The notes beneath the pieces are model-generated. The model made no database searches. It saw only the letters and a list, made by a program, of their open reading frames with translations, and was not told the DNA's origin. DNA of 64,000 nucleotides from Candidatus Saccharimonadia bacterium (GTDB taxonomy: Bacteria; Patescibacteriota; Saccharimonadia; Saccharimonadales; 2-12-FULL-41-12). How positions within the stretch are numbered: position 1 is the first letter of the stretch; every line of letters starts with the position of its first letter. The position numbers and the translations under genes were made by a program. Below, one piece after another: positions 1-9,822 of the stretch. The stretch covers positions 991,752 to 1,055,751 of the forward strand of contig OY970327.1 in assembly GCA_963717365.1 (NCBI GenBank). The letters run 5' to 3'.

Positions 1-1502
1 TGGCAAATAAAGACAGCATCCGGGTTCAGATCTTCGATCAACTTAACTAGAAATAGATTAGTCGGATTGTCATTAATGGTAGAAACAATCAGTTTTGACT
101 TATCAATACCGGCTTCTTGCAATAATTCCAAATCAGTAGCGTCTCCATATAAGTAATCTATTTTTTGGTGATCCAGCGCATCGATAACCTCCGGGTCGTA
201 GTCAATGACCAAGAAGCGTTTATGCATTTCCTGGAAGGTCCGGATAAACTCGTGGCCGCCGTGGTGATAGCCAAATAAGACCAGTTGGTAAGGTGTTTGG
301 CTGCGCTTCTCACGAAAGACGGCTTCCTTCTCGAACATATGCAGTTTAATGCGGTTAAAACGTTTAAATAAGGCTTCATCATAATGTGTTAGGTAGGTAG
401 ATACAGTAATAGTGATAATTGCTACTAAAGTAATAATGCCAGCAATTTCCGGCCTGACCATCCTCTCGCTGACAGCCAGTACCACAAGAATAATTGAGAA
501 CTCACTAATTTGGGTGAGATTAATACCAGTCTTAAAACTGACTCGCTTAGTATAGCCGAGCAACCCCATAATAGTGGTGACAATAAACGGTTTGGCAATG
601 ATTACAATGGCCGAGAGTATGAGTGCCGGGATAATACTGGACGAAATATTGCTGACGTCCATATTCTGCCCGAGGGTAATAAAAAACAGCACAATAAAGA
701 AGTCCCGCAGCGGCCGGAGACGAGCGGCAATCTCCTGAACATACGGAGATGAGGCCAAAGCAACACCGCCGAATAGTGCCCCTACCTCAATTGAGAATCC
801 GGCTAATTCAAATAAGGTAGCAATGCCAAAACCCCAGGCGATCGCCGCTAAGAACAATAATTCCTGAGTTTTTGCCATATATTTGGAAACACGCGGCAGA
901 ATTTGGGTACTGCATAAAATCAGAAAACCAATCAGAACGCTGCCTTTAGCAAGCAGTATTGCCATCTGTTGTACATCCAGGGAACCGTCCTTGCCGGCCA
1001 CAATAAACAACAGTGCTAAGGTAGCGATAATATCTTCAACCAGAATAATGCCAATTGCTATCTGGCCGTGCAGCCGGTTTTGTTCTTTCTTGTCAGACAG
1101 TACCTTGATGATGATAATCGTACTGCTGAAAAAGAGCGCCAAGCCGATAATAAAGGCCTCGCTGGTGGTAAATCCAAGTGCTGCGCCGCTGGCAAATCCC
1201 AGCAAAGTCAGGCCAAACAAGGACGTGAATGCAATAATTAGGGCAGTTTTACCCATTTTCCTGAGCTCACCGACGTTCATGCCAAGCCCAATGATGAACA
1301 ACAACAACGTGATTCCAATACTGGAGAAAGCTTCGAATAATTCGGTGGAATGGATCAAATTTAGGAGAGAAGGCCCGGCAATCAGGCCGGCCAGAATATA
1401 ACCTAAAATGAGCGGCTGACGGATTATTTTCATCAGAATCGAAACAGCAGCCGTCACTACAATGACTAAACTGAGTTCGCTAAAAATTGATTCGCCGTGC
1501 AT
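1..1502 (-). CDS. Cation:proton antiporter (CPA2/Kef-type) with C-terminal RCK/TrkA-N domain; partial, 3' end runs off the left edge
   Basis: Absent from the ORF track because no stop lies inside the window. Hand translation of the minus strand from ATG 1502..1500 gives MHGESIFSELSLVIVVTAAVSILMKIIRQPLILGYILAGLIAGPSLLNL..., a Na+/H+-exchanger-type TM core. The same frame near 380..1 reads LVLFGYHHGGHEFIRTFQEMHKRFLVIDYDPEVIDALD...GDATDLELLQEAGIDKSKL, a Rossmann-type RCK domain. Confidence 0.8.
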   Translation of the reverse strand, partial: MHGESIFSELSLVIVVTAAVSILMKIIRQPLILGYILAGLIAGPSLLNLIHSTELFEAFSSIGITLLLFIIGLGMNVGELRKMGKTALIIAFTSLFGLTLLGFASGAALGFTTSEAFIIGLALFFSSTIIIIKVLSDKKEQNRLHGQIAIGIILVEDIIATLALLFIVAGKDGSLDVQQMAILLAKGSVLIGFLILCSTQILPRVSKYMAKTQELLFLAAIAWGFGIATLFELAGFSIEVGALFGGVALASSPYVQEIAARLRPLRDFFIVLFFITLGQNMDVSNISSSIIPALILSAIVIIAKPFIVTTIMGLLGYTKRVSFKTGINLTQISEFSIILVVLAVSERMVRPEIAGIITLVAIITITVSTYLTHYDEALFKRFNRIKLHMFEKEAVFREKRSQTPYQLVLFGYHHGGHEFIRTFQEMHKRFLVIDYDPEVIDALDHQKIDYLYGDATDLELLQEAGIDKSKLIVSTINDNPTNLFLVKLIEDLNPDAVFIC

Positions 1503-1541
1503 TTTACTTTATTTTTACTGTTTTTATGGTTAGGTTTGTGA

Positions 1542-2603
1542 ATGAATTATAGCATAAACATAGGCTTTATGGAGTACTATATTAAACATATGCTTGTATT
1601 GTTAGCTTGCGCCGCTCTGGCATTATTATCCTTGCTGGCTGCTTCTCTCCGGCCAATTTATGGCACCGTACCGCTTAAGGAGTTAAAGCGCCAGTCACAT
1701 AAAGGCGACCAGGTAGCCGCTGCCCTGTATCAGGTTTCTCGGCACGGGCTGACGGCTGACCTGTTGCTGCTGGCAATTTCTGTGGCAGCCAGTGCCGGTT
1801 TTTTTGTAATAATTACCAACGCTTTGCCGTCCGGTTTGGCCTTGCTGTTAATTGCCGTGTTTCTTCCTCTAGTTTTTATTGTGTTGCCAAAACGAAGCAG
1901 TAAATCAGCCCGCAAGATCGCCCTTAAAATCAGTCCCTTCCTGGCTAAATTGCTCATAAAAATTCGGCCTGTTTCAAATTGGGTAGCCAGCCATATTAGG
2001 CGCCGCCGGCCAATTACCATCCATACCGGTCTTTATGAAAAAGACGATCTGCTTGATCTTTTGGAGCGCCAAAAGGTAGTACCGCAAAACCGTATTGAGG
2101 CGACTGAACTTGACCTGGCGTTCCATGCCCTGACTTTTGGGGATAAAAAAGTTGGTGACCATATGGTCCCGCGCCGCGCTGCTCATTTTGTTTACAGCGA
2201 AGATCCTATCGGACCAATTTTACTGAGCGAACTATACGAGACCGGCTTTTCGCGTTTCCCGGCCCGGAATCATGAAGATAAGGTTGTCGGTACCTTATTT
2301 TTGAAAGATCTGGTAGATAAGCGCAGCGGCGGTATCGTTAGTAATGTCATGAGTCCGGCGGTCTTTTACGTTAATCACGACGCCCCCTTGGAGCAGGTGC
2401 TCGCCGCCTTCATAAAGACCAAACACCATCTGTTCATTGTCGTGAATTCATTTGAGGAAGTTGTCGGCATAATTACTATAGAGGATGTTCTGGAGCAGAT
2501 GATCGGCCGTAAAATCGTTGACGAGTTCGACCGCTTTGATGACATGCGCGCCGTAGCGGCCCGCCAAGCTGCCAAAGACGAAAAAGAGCACATCAAGCCC
2601 TAA
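1542..2603 (+). CDS. DUF21/CNNM transmembrane + CBS-pair protein (TlyC/CorC-like hemolysin family)
   Basis: 353 aa. The N-terminal half has several hydrophobic helices. The C-terminal half has tandem CBS-like units (GDHMVPR, VVGTLFLKDL, VVGIITIEDVLEQMIG). No CorC_HlyC tail is present. The start could also be ATG 1569 or 1590. Confidence 0.75.
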   Translation: MNYSINIGFMEYYIKHMLVLLACAALALLSLLAASLRPIYGTVPLKELKRQSHKGDQVAAALYQVSRHGLTADLLLLAISVAASAGFFVIITNALPSGLALLLIAVFLPLVFIVLPKRSSKSARKIALKISPFLAKLLIKIRPVSNWVASHIRRRRPITIHTGLYEKDDLLDLLERQKVVPQNRIEATELDLAFHALTFGDKKVGDHMVPRRAAHFVYSEDPIGPILLSELYETGFSRFPARNHEDKVVGTLFLKDLVDKRSGGIVSNVMSPAVFYVNHDAPLEQVLAAFIKTKHHLFIVVNSFEEVVGIITIEDVLEQMIGRKIVDEFDRFDDMRAVAARQAAKDEKEHIKP

Positions 2604-2622
2604 GGTGTTATAATTCTGTTAA

Positions 2623-4032
2623 ATGAAGAGAAATATGCGAACCCTTAGTTCACAGTTGAAAGATATGGTTGGCGAAACAGTTACCGTTAAGGGCTGGGTG
2701 CACGTTCGGCGCGACCATGGCAAGTTAATTTTTATTGACCTGCGCGATATGGCCGGTATTGTCCAGGTAGTTTTTTGGGGCGGCGGTAATGCCGAATTAT
2801 TCTCCCAGGCCGAGCAGCTGCGCTCCGAGTACGTCGTAAGTATTACCGGCAAAGTCCAGAAGCGCGGCGAAAAACAAATTAACCCGGACATTCCATCTGG
2901 CACGGTTGAATTGGCCGCCGAAACACTAGAAGTAATATCAGAGGCCGAGACTCCGCCATTTCCGATAGATTCTGAACGCGATGAAGTTGGGGAAAGTACG
3001 CGTTTGCAGTACCGGTACCTTGATTTACGCAGTGAACGTATGCAGAAAAACATTCGCATGCGACACAAATTTATCCGCGAGACCCGTAATTTCTTAGACG
3101 ACGAGGGTTTCGTTGAAATTGAAACGCCTATTCTTGCAAAGTCTAGCCCGGAAGGCGCTCGTGACTTTTTAGTGCCTTCCCGATTGCAACCCGGTAATTT
3201 TTACGCCTTACCACAAGCACCGCAGCAGTTTAAGCAGATTGCCATGATTGCTGGTTTTGAGAAATATTACCAGATCGCGCACTGCTTCCGAGACGAAGAT
3301 TTACGCGGCGACCGGCAACCTGAGTTTACCCAGCTTGATATGGAGATGAGCTTTGTTGACCAAGAAGATATTCTTGAAGTAAATGAGCGCATGTTTAAAC
3401 AGGTTGTTGCCAAGCTATTTCCCCATAAGCGGATGCCAGAAACATTCCCGCGCATGACATATGACGAAGTAATGGAAAAATATAACAGCGATAAGCCTGA
3501 TATTCGCGACAATAAGGAAGATAATGACGAACTAGCTTTCCTATGGGTGACGGATTTTCCAGTCTTTGAAAAAGGTGATGACGGCACGCTTACTTTTGCG
3601 CATAACCCATTTGCGATGCCAAAAGACGAAGACCTTGAAAAACTGTATGCCAAAGACGAAGCCACGTTGTTATCTATGCGTGCCAAGTGTTACGACCTTG
3701 TCTTGAACGGTTACGAACTGTCCAGCGGTTCAATCCGTATCCACGACCAGAAAATTCAGAAACGTATTTTTGAAATGATGGGGCTCAGCGAAGAGCAGGT
3801 TCAGGAACGGTTCGGCAGGTTCCTGGAAGCGTTTAAATATGGTACTCCTCCGCATGGCGGCATGGCACCTGGTCTGGATCGAGTGCTGATGGTTCTTATG
3901 GAAGAGCCAACTATCCGAGAAGTGATCGCTTTTCCAAAAAACGGTGAAATGCGCGACCTTATGTTCGACGGACCAAGCAGCGCTAGTCCGCGGCAGCTTA
4001 AAGAACTCGGTATTTTAGTTACTAAAAGTTAG
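2623..4032 (+). CDS. aspS: Aspartate--tRNA ligase, bacterial type but lacking the GAD insertion domain
   Basis: 469 aa. OB-fold N-terminus (VTVKGWVHVRRDHGKLIFIDLRD), motif 2 FRDEDLRGDRQPEFTQLDMEMSF and motif 3 region GTPPHGGMAPGLDRVLMVL. The stretch YNSDKPDIRDNKEDNDELAFLWVTDFPVFE joins directly where bacterial AspRS carries an insertion of roughly 130 aa. Confidence 0.9.
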   Translation: MKRNMRTLSSQLKDMVGETVTVKGWVHVRRDHGKLIFIDLRDMAGIVQVVFWGGGNAELFSQAEQLRSEYVVSITGKVQKRGEKQINPDIPSGTVELAAETLEVISEAETPPFPIDSERDEVGESTRLQYRYLDLRSERMQKNIRMRHKFIRETRNFLDDEGFVEIETPILAKSSPEGARDFLVPSRLQPGNFYALPQAPQQFKQIAMIAGFEKYYQIAHCFRDEDLRGDRQPEFTQLDMEMSFVDQEDILEVNERMFKQVVAKLFPHKRMPETFPRMTYDEVMEKYNSDKPDIRDNKEDNDELAFLWVTDFPVFEKGDDGTLTFAHNPFAMPKDEDLEKLYAKDEATLLSMRAKCYDLVLNGYELSSGSIRIHDQKIQKRIFEMMGLSEEQVQERFGRFLEAFKYGTPPHGGMAPGLDRVLMVLMEEPTIREVIAFPKNGEMRDLMFDGPSSASPRQLKELGILVTKS

Positions 4033-4071
4033 GCGTATAATGCCTGCAGATTGTAACGGAGGAGACTTAGG

Positions 4072-4650
4072 GTGAAGAAAATAATACCATTGATTATTGT
4101 ATTGGTTGTAGCTGCTGGCACCTTTTTGTTATTTAGCATGGACAACAGTAAAGATAGCAGTACGTCAGGCACCGAAAGCCAGGAAACAAGTAATGCGGGC
4201 AAGTCATTTAACCCACCGGCTGCCTGTGATGTATTTACGCTTGAAGAGGCTAAAAAAGTATTAGGTGAAACAGCTGAAGTACCGGATACGGTGGTCCCTC
4301 CAACTGCTTCCAGCGACGATATTTCAGTTTCACAGTGTATTTATCAGACTCCGGCTGACACACTTGCAGCTATCAGGGCTCAGAAACAGGCAAGTGTATT
4401 GGTACGCGGCGCTAAAACCGAGACTGGCGCAGACAGCAACAAAGATTACTTTAGCGGTTCTACTCGTCCAGCCGAAGCTGAGGATGTAAGCGGATATGGT
4501 GACGCCGCAACCTGGAACGCTCAATTTGGGCAACTTAATATTTTGAAAAACAATAATTGGTATATTCTTCAAACAGGTAGCTCAACTCCAGCCGAGCGTA
4601 CACTTGAACAAGCTAAGTCAATGGCTGACGCCATTATTAGTAAGCTTTAG
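4072..4650 (+). CDS. Hypothetical secreted or membrane-anchored protein
   Basis: 192 aa. N-terminal hydrophobic anchor (IIPLIIVLVVAAGTFLLF) followed by a Ser/Thr-rich linker. GTG start preceded by GGAGGAG (4058-4064). TATAAT at 4036-4041. Confidence 0.5.
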   Translation: MKKIIPLIIVLVVAAGTFLLFSMDNSKDSSTSGTESQETSNAGKSFNPPAACDVFTLEEAKKVLGETAEVPDTVVPPTASSDDISVSQCIYQTPADTLAAIRAQKQASVLVRGAKTETGADSNKDYFSGSTRPAEAEDVSGYGDAATWNAQFGQLNILKNNNWYILQTGSSTPAERTLEQAKSMADAIISKL

Positions 4651-4720
4651 TTGACTACGTTGCCGCTATATTCAGAGTCTTGTTTCTGATATGCTTATGC
4701 TAAAGGAAACCAGATAAAAA

Positions 4721-6874
4721 ATGGCAGCTAAACCAAAAGAATCAAAAGAACATGAAACATCTGATCCATACCTAGAATCTACAAAAGATCCGGAGATTGA
4801 GAAAAAAGTTGATGCCATGATGAGTATGGATTCGCCAAAAGAGCCAAAACCTGGCGGACCACCGGTCTTACCTACAAAAAAACGCTCAATTGCCGTGAAA
4901 GATGAGAGCAAGGCTGAGACGGAAGAAACGCCCGAGACAATAACTGAAACAAGTACCGAAAGCGACGCTGACGCCGAGACACCATTGGTACCCGATGACC
5001 TACTCGCCAAAACACTCGGTACAGCACTGGAATCAGATGATGTAAATGACCCGTCAGATGAGCCGGAATCGGACGAAACAATAGCAGAGTCCGAGCCTGA
5101 AAAGCCCTCCGACTCAGATGAGGAAACTGTGCCTGCCGCCGAGCCGACTAAAGATGAGCTTGGTCTGGAAGATATAGGTACTAGTAAGGCGGTTGATGAA
5201 ATCATTGCTTCTGAGGCCGATGAATTACTGGCAGCTCGTGACCACGACCCAGCTACGCTAACCGACGAAGATGAAAAAAGTAACTCCAAGGGCAAGAAGA
5301 AAAGTAGTCTGCTTAGTCGCTGGTGGCACTCAAAACGGGCTCGCAACACTACGCTAGTCCTCATGCTGATTGCAATTATCGTAGCCGGGATCGTGCCTGC
5401 TTCGCGTTATTTTGTACTAAATAATGCCGGCGTCCGGTCTGCCGCATCTATCAACGTGCTTGACGAAACTACTGGCCAACCGTTAAAAAATGTAGAATTT
5501 TCCCTTGGCGGAACCTCTGGCAAGACAGACAAAGAAGGTACCGTTAAGCTTACTGGCTTACGGCTTGGCACACAGACTATGAGTGTTAAGAAAGCTGCTT
5601 TCGCCGAAGTTTCGCAGCCAGTCACGCTTGGTTGGGGCAGTAATCCCTTGGGCGAGTTCAGGTTAAAACCAGTCGGTACACAGTATCGTATTACCGTAAA
5701 TGATTTTGTTTCTAAAAAACCGATTGCAAAAATCGAAGCCAGTAGCGGCCAGGCAAACGCGCGGGCAAATGAAGCAGGCGAAATTGTCATAACCATACCG
5801 GTTGCTGACATAGACCAGGAAAAGATCGAAATTGAGCTTACAGGTGAAGGTTTGCGCACAGAAAAAATAGCAATGCCGCTTGGCAAACAAGATGTCCAGC
5901 TTGTGCAAATGGTTCCCGCTAGGAAGCAAGTTTTTATTTCTAAGCGGTCTGGTACGTTTGATGTCTATAAAGTTGATGTTGATGGTAAGAATGAAGAGAA
6001 AGTTCTGAGCGGCAGCGGCAGCGAACGCCCTGAAGCAATTGCTTTATCAATTCATCCTACTAAGAATATAGCGGCACTTGTCTCTGCCCGGGACAACTCA
6101 AAAAACAAAGACGGTTATACGCTCAGCAATCTCACCATAATTGATCTGAATGATAACGCTGCAACCACAGCCGCGCAGTCTGAGCGCATACAAATGGTAG
6201 GCTGGATTGATAACAAGCTGACGTATGTAAAAATTGCTTCAGGAGCCAGTGCCGCCAGTGCCGACCGCCACCGTCTGATCAGTTATGACTTGGATAGCCG
6301 CACTGAAAAAGAACTTGCTAGCACCAATTATTTTAATGACATCTTAATGGTTGATAAATCAATTTACTACACGCCTGCTTCGTACAACGTCAATGGTTCG
6401 GTTGGGCTGTTTAAAACTAACGCTGACGGCAGCAATAAAAAGACAATTTACGACAAAGAAGTCTGGAATTTATTCCGAACTTCATACGACAAGTTGAGTG
6501 TATCTATGGGGCTCGAGTGGTTTGATCTTGCTATTGGTACGGATGTCCTGACGCGTGCCAGTAGCGCACCGCCTATTTTAAAGAGCCGGGTATATGTTAA
6601 TAATACCGACGACAGCGTTAGCTTGTGGGTTGATGAACGGGACGGCAAGGGCGTTTTACTAAGCTACGACACGGCTACGAAGGCCGATAAAATCTTGCAG
6701 TCGCAGAGTGGGCTGAAAAATCCAGTCCGGTGGCTGACCAACAAACACATAATTTATCGGGTAAACAATAACCAGGAAACGGCCGATTATATTCTGAACA
6801 CCGATGGCGGGCAGCCGCAAAAAATTCGTGACGTAACCGATACTGCTGGCATTGACCGCTGGTACTATTACTAA
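4721..6874 (+). CDS. Large membrane-anchored protein: acidic low-complexity N-terminus, one TM helix, CarboxypepD_reg-like segment and TolB/PD40-like beta-propeller region
   Basis: 717 aa. D/E/S/T-rich first ~200 aa, TM helix TTLVLMLIAIIVAGIVPA, INVLDETTGQPLKNVEFSLGGTSGKTDKEGTVKL (beta-sandwich type), and FDVYKVDVDGKNEEKVLSGSG plus later repeats (propeller type). Confidence 0.6.
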   Translation: MAAKPKESKEHETSDPYLESTKDPEIEKKVDAMMSMDSPKEPKPGGPPVLPTKKRSIAVKDESKAETEETPETITETSTESDADAETPLVPDDLLAKTLGTALESDDVNDPSDEPESDETIAESEPEKPSDSDEETVPAAEPTKDELGLEDIGTSKAVDEIIASEADELLAARDHDPATLTDEDEKSNSKGKKKSSLLSRWWHSKRARNTTLVLMLIAIIVAGIVPASRYFVLNNAGVRSAASINVLDETTGQPLKNVEFSLGGTSGKTDKEGTVKLTGLRLGTQTMSVKKAAFAEVSQPVTLGWGSNPLGEFRLKPVGTQYRITVNDFVSKKPIAKIEASSGQANARANEAGEIVITIPVADIDQEKIEIELTGEGLRTEKIAMPLGKQDVQLVQMVPARKQVFISKRSGTFDVYKVDVDGKNEEKVLSGSGSERPEAIALSIHPTKNIAALVSARDNSKNKDGYTLSNLTIIDLNDNAATTAAQSERIQMVGWIDNKLTYVKIASGASAASADRHRLISYDLDSRTEKELASTNYFNDILMVDKSIYYTPASYNVNGSVGLFKTNADGSNKKTIYDKEVWNLFRTSYDKLSVSMGLEWFDLAIGTDVLTRASSAPPILKSRVYVNNTDDSVSLWVDERDGKGVLLSYDTATKADKILQSQSGLKNPVRWLTNKHIIYRVNNNQETADYILNTDGGQPQKIRDVTDTAGIDRWYYY

Positions 6875-6939
6875 AAACGGTAATCCTAATTTGCGAAGAC
6901 AGCACACGTTAACCCGCTCATGCTATAATGAGTTTAATA

Positions 6940-7557
6940 ATGAAACGACTCACTTTAGCAGTGTTATTGCTTGGATTAGGATTGGTAATAGGCGCTGTTC
7001 TGCCATCACAGACTAGAGCTCAAAATGCTCCGGTAACTTCAACGCAGGCAGTGCCTACTGACTCCAAGACCGAACTAAACGCCAGGCTGGAAGAACGTAA
7101 GGCAAAACAGACAGCCAAGCCTAGTGCTGCGGAGTCTACTCGCCTTGCGGCTCGCTGCCAGGCAGCTCAGCAAAAAATTGACGCTCTTTCTAAGAAGGCT
7201 TCGGCTGGCCAACAGCCATTCAAGGAAAAATACGAAGGCCAGCAGGCCCGGCTGCAATCTGTTCAGCAACAGCTAAAGACACTCGGTGCCGATACAACCA
7301 AACTGGACGCAGCAATAAACGAAGTTAATCAAAAGTACCAGGCGTGGGTTGATGCAACAACTGCCTATAATCTCAGTATCAGTGACCTTAAAGCTGTAGA
7401 CTGCAAAGCTGATCCGGTTGCGTTTAAAGCAACACTGCAGTCAGCTCGTGGGGAAACAAAAGCCCTGCATGATCTCCGCGTTGCGCTTCATGCATATATC
7501 AAAGGTCCACTGCACGATGCCCTTAAAGAAGCCAAAGCTTCACTACAAACTAATTAG
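6940..7557 (+). CDS. Secreted coiled-coil protein, unknown function
   Basis: Signal-like MKRLTLAVLLLGLGLVIGAVLP followed by a Q/A/K-rich helical sequence. The track start 6928 overlaps an extended -10 (tgcTATAAT, 6921-6929), so ATG 6940 is more likely. Confidence 0.5.
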   Translation: MKRLTLAVLLLGLGLVIGAVLPSQTRAQNAPVTSTQAVPTDSKTELNARLEERKAKQTAKPSAAESTRLAARCQAAQQKIDALSKKASAGQQPFKEKYEGQQARLQSVQQQLKTLGADTTKLDAAINEVNQKYQAWVDATTAYNLSISDLKAVDCKADPVAFKATLQSARGETKALHDLRVALHAYIKGPLHDALKEAKASLQTN

Positions 7558-7569
7558 GAGCTATCTTCC

Positions 7570-8061
7570 GTGCAAAACGATATTGTCAGACAACAGCCAA
7601 AACAAGCCGAAGAACCTGTAGCTAAGCCAATTGATGATATCAGGCCGCCCGCTCAGCCTACTGTGGCAACTAACGATACCGAAATCACTTTGGCCATTCC
7701 AGGCAGTAACCATGACGAAAATTCTAAGGATGCAAAGTTACAATCTGAAGAAAAGCCCTCCGGGCTAGATAAAAACCCAGCAGCGCCACATCAAAAATCC
7801 ACAAAGCCGGTCGCGGTTATTGCTGCGGCGGTTATCGTTTGCGCTTTACTCATCGGCGGTACTGTATATGGCACACTAGCTCAAAAGGATGAAGTTGCAA
7901 CGCCTTCAGGAAAATCAAGCACCCAAGCAACTAACGCAAAAACTAATACTACTGGCACTGTGGCCCAGGAACTGGACGTCTCAATTAACGACGCTGCTAA
8001 TTTTACTGATGATAGCACCGATACAACCTCGGAATTGTCTGACGAATCTCTAGGACTTTAG
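7570..8061 (+). CDS. Hypothetical single-pass membrane protein
   Basis: 163 aa. GTG start with AGGAG about 9 nt upstream. One TM helix (VAVIAAAVIVCALLIGGTVYG) and low-complexity flanks. Confidence 0.45.
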   Translation: MQNDIVRQQPKQAEEPVAKPIDDIRPPAQPTVATNDTEITLAIPGSNHDENSKDAKLQSEEKPSGLDKNPAAPHQKSTKPVAVIAAAVIVCALLIGGTVYGTLAQKDEVATPSGKSSTQATNAKTNTTGTVAQELDVSINDAANFTDDSTDTTSELSDESLGL

Positions 8062-8966
8062 CTTTTAGCTTTTTTCGGTTTGGCTGCTTTTTCAGCTTGA
8101 TGGACAGTAATTTGTGCGGTTGGTAACTGGATATCTGATTTACGCAAATCAACCACCAGACGTTTATAAAACTCACCACGTACTTCCCATGAATCATTAG
8201 GAGTGGTGGTACCAAGAATTTTAACTTTTATACCATCAGGCGTGAAGCCGACAATTCGTTCAAAACGAGGTGGTTCAAGCACTTTTTTAGTAAAATCAGG
8301 ATCAAGCGCCAAATTTCTGCCCACACGGTCGATAACCATAGCTAATTTAGAAATGTCTGTGTCGTGGCCAAATACAATATCTTCCTCGATGCCACCATAA
8401 CTCATGGTTAGGTTAGCGGTGGTTTTGATGCTGCCATTTGGCACGTGGTACAGAGTACCGCTCAAGCCGCGCAGAACTGTTGTACGAATAGTTATCGCCT
8501 CAACCCGGCCGGCAATATCGTCAAGTTTCACAATATCGCCAACGCGGTATTGGTTGTCGATAATAATAAAAATACCGCTGGTTAAGTCTTTGATCAGGCT
8601 TTGGGCACCGAAACCGAGGGCAATTCCGATAATACCAGCACTCGCAACAATTGGAGTGGTATCGACGCCCAGTTCGCTGACAATCATAATGCTGGCAATA
8701 ATCACTACGCCAACTTTCAGGATGGCGTTGGTGATGCTATCAATTGTTTCCAGCCGTTTGGTACGGTCGCTTTTTGTCGGATACAGATCAGCTCGGATGG
8801 TACGGTGAAAGATCCGGCTTAAAAACTGTCCGCCAAACTCTTTTACCAGATAAGCAGTAATAATGATGACCGCAACTTCAAAACCATGGTCGCTCAGCCA
8901 GTGGCCAATATTTGACCAAAGTCGCTCATATAACCTGCTGACATACTCAAAGATTACCTGATCCAT
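8058..8966 (-). CDS. Mechanosensitive ion channel (MscS family)
   Basis: 302 aa. TM helices followed by the MscS beta-domain signature IIIDNQYRVGDIVKLDDIAGRVEAITIRTTVLRGLSGTLYHVPNGSI. Confidence 0.85.
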   Translation of the reverse strand: MDQVIFEYVSRLYERLWSNIGHWLSDHGFEVAVIIITAYLVKEFGGQFLSRIFHRTIRADLYPTKSDRTKRLETIDSITNAILKVGVVIIASIMIVSELGVDTTPIVASAGIIGIALGFGAQSLIKDLTSGIFIIIDNQYRVGDIVKLDDIAGRVEAITIRTTVLRGLSGTLYHVPNGSIKTTANLTMSYGGIEEDIVFGHDTDISKLAMVIDRVGRNLALDPDFTKKVLEPPRFERIVGFTPDGIKVKILGTTTPNDSWEVRGEFYKRLVVDLRKSDIQLPTAQITVHQAEKAAKPKKAKS

Positions 8967-9021
8967 ATATACTTAGAAGTATACGGCGGCTAAGCATAAA
9001 CAGTAAAGGATAATTACTACC

Positions 9022-9354
9022 ATGAATTTTGACGAATACCAGAAAAGCGCTCAACAGAGTGTCATCACCCATAAAGACCCGCTCATGAACAAAACTATCT
9101 GGGTGCTTGGTATCAGCGGCGAAGCCAGCGAAATAGCTGAAAAATGGAAAAAAATTGTCGCCTATCATGACGGCGAAATTACGGCTGGGGGTAAAGCAGA
9201 ACTTGCCAAAGAAATGGGCGACGTACTGTGGTACCTGGCTGCCTTCGCCGAGAGCTTGGATTTGTCGCTCCAAGATATTGCTGAAAACAATATTGAAAAA
9301 GTCTTAAGTCGCAAAGCCCGCGGCGTAACTAAGGGAAAGGGGGACAACCGATGA
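9022..9354 (+). CDS. MazG-like nucleotide pyrophosphohydrolase (small all-alpha NTP-PPase)
   Basis: 110 aa. ISGEASEIAEKWKK...ELAKEMGDVLWYLAAFAESLDLSLQDI has the EExxE/D MazG-type pattern. GATAAT at 9009-9014 lies 7 nt before the ATG. Confidence 0.75.
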   Translation: MNFDEYQKSAQQSVITHKDPLMNKTIWVLGISGEASEIAEKWKKIVAYHDGEITAGGKAELAKEMGDVLWYLAAFAESLDLSLQDIAENNIEKVLSRKARGVTKGKGDNR

Positions 9355-9788
9355 CTTACGATACCGCAACGCCGCGGGTGGCGAGCTACCTGGTAGTACG
9401 AAAAGAGGGCAAAATAGCGTTTGTTCTCCGTAGTGGTACAAACTGGATGAATGACTATTATGGTTTACCGTCAGGCAAAGTTGAAAAAGAAGAAAGTTTC
9501 TCAGCCGGGGCACAACGGGAAGGCCTAGAAGAAGTAGGCATAACAATCGCTAGAGATAAGCTTCACTTTATCCATACGATGCATAGAATGGAAGGCGACG
9601 ACTGGGTAGATGTTTACTTCGAAGTATCCGACTATGAAGGGGATATTTATAACGCCGAACCGCACATGCACTCTGAATTAGCTTGGCTTGATCCTAAAAA
9701 TCTGCCGAAGAACGTTATCCCGTCAGTTCGTTACGCAATTGAGCAAATAGAAGCCGGTAACATGTACAGCGAATATGGCTGGGCCTAG
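9351..9788 (+). CDS. NUDIX hydrolase
   Basis: 145 aa. Nudix box GLPSGKVEKEESFSAGAQREGLEEVGI. ATGA overlap with the upstream MazG-like gene (9351-9354). Confidence 0.8.
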   Translation: MTYDTATPRVASYLVVRKEGKIAFVLRSGTNWMNDYYGLPSGKVEKEESFSAGAQREGLEEVGITIARDKLHFIHTMHRMEGDDWVDVYFEVSDYEGDIYNAEPHMHSELAWLDPKNLPKNVIPSVRYAIEQIEAGNMYSEYGWA

Positions 9789-9822
9789 GGTTTTTATATC
9801 TTACAATCTTGCAGTAGCAGTT

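Noticed and set aside
158-1401. Track ORFs 158..382 (-), 510..752 (+) and 883..1401 (+)
   Set aside because: All lie inside or antisense to the much longer edge-truncated antiporter frame (1..1502, minus). That frame shows clear family motifs, whereas their translations are low-complexity or shadow-like.
4672-5364. 230-aa Ser-rich ORF on the minus strand
   Set aside because: It is the antisense shadow of the GA-rich acidic N-terminal region of the 717-aa plus-strand gene. It has no start context.
8203-8822. Plus-strand ORFs inside the mscS-like gene
   Set aside because: They are antisense to a gene with unambiguous MscS motifs.
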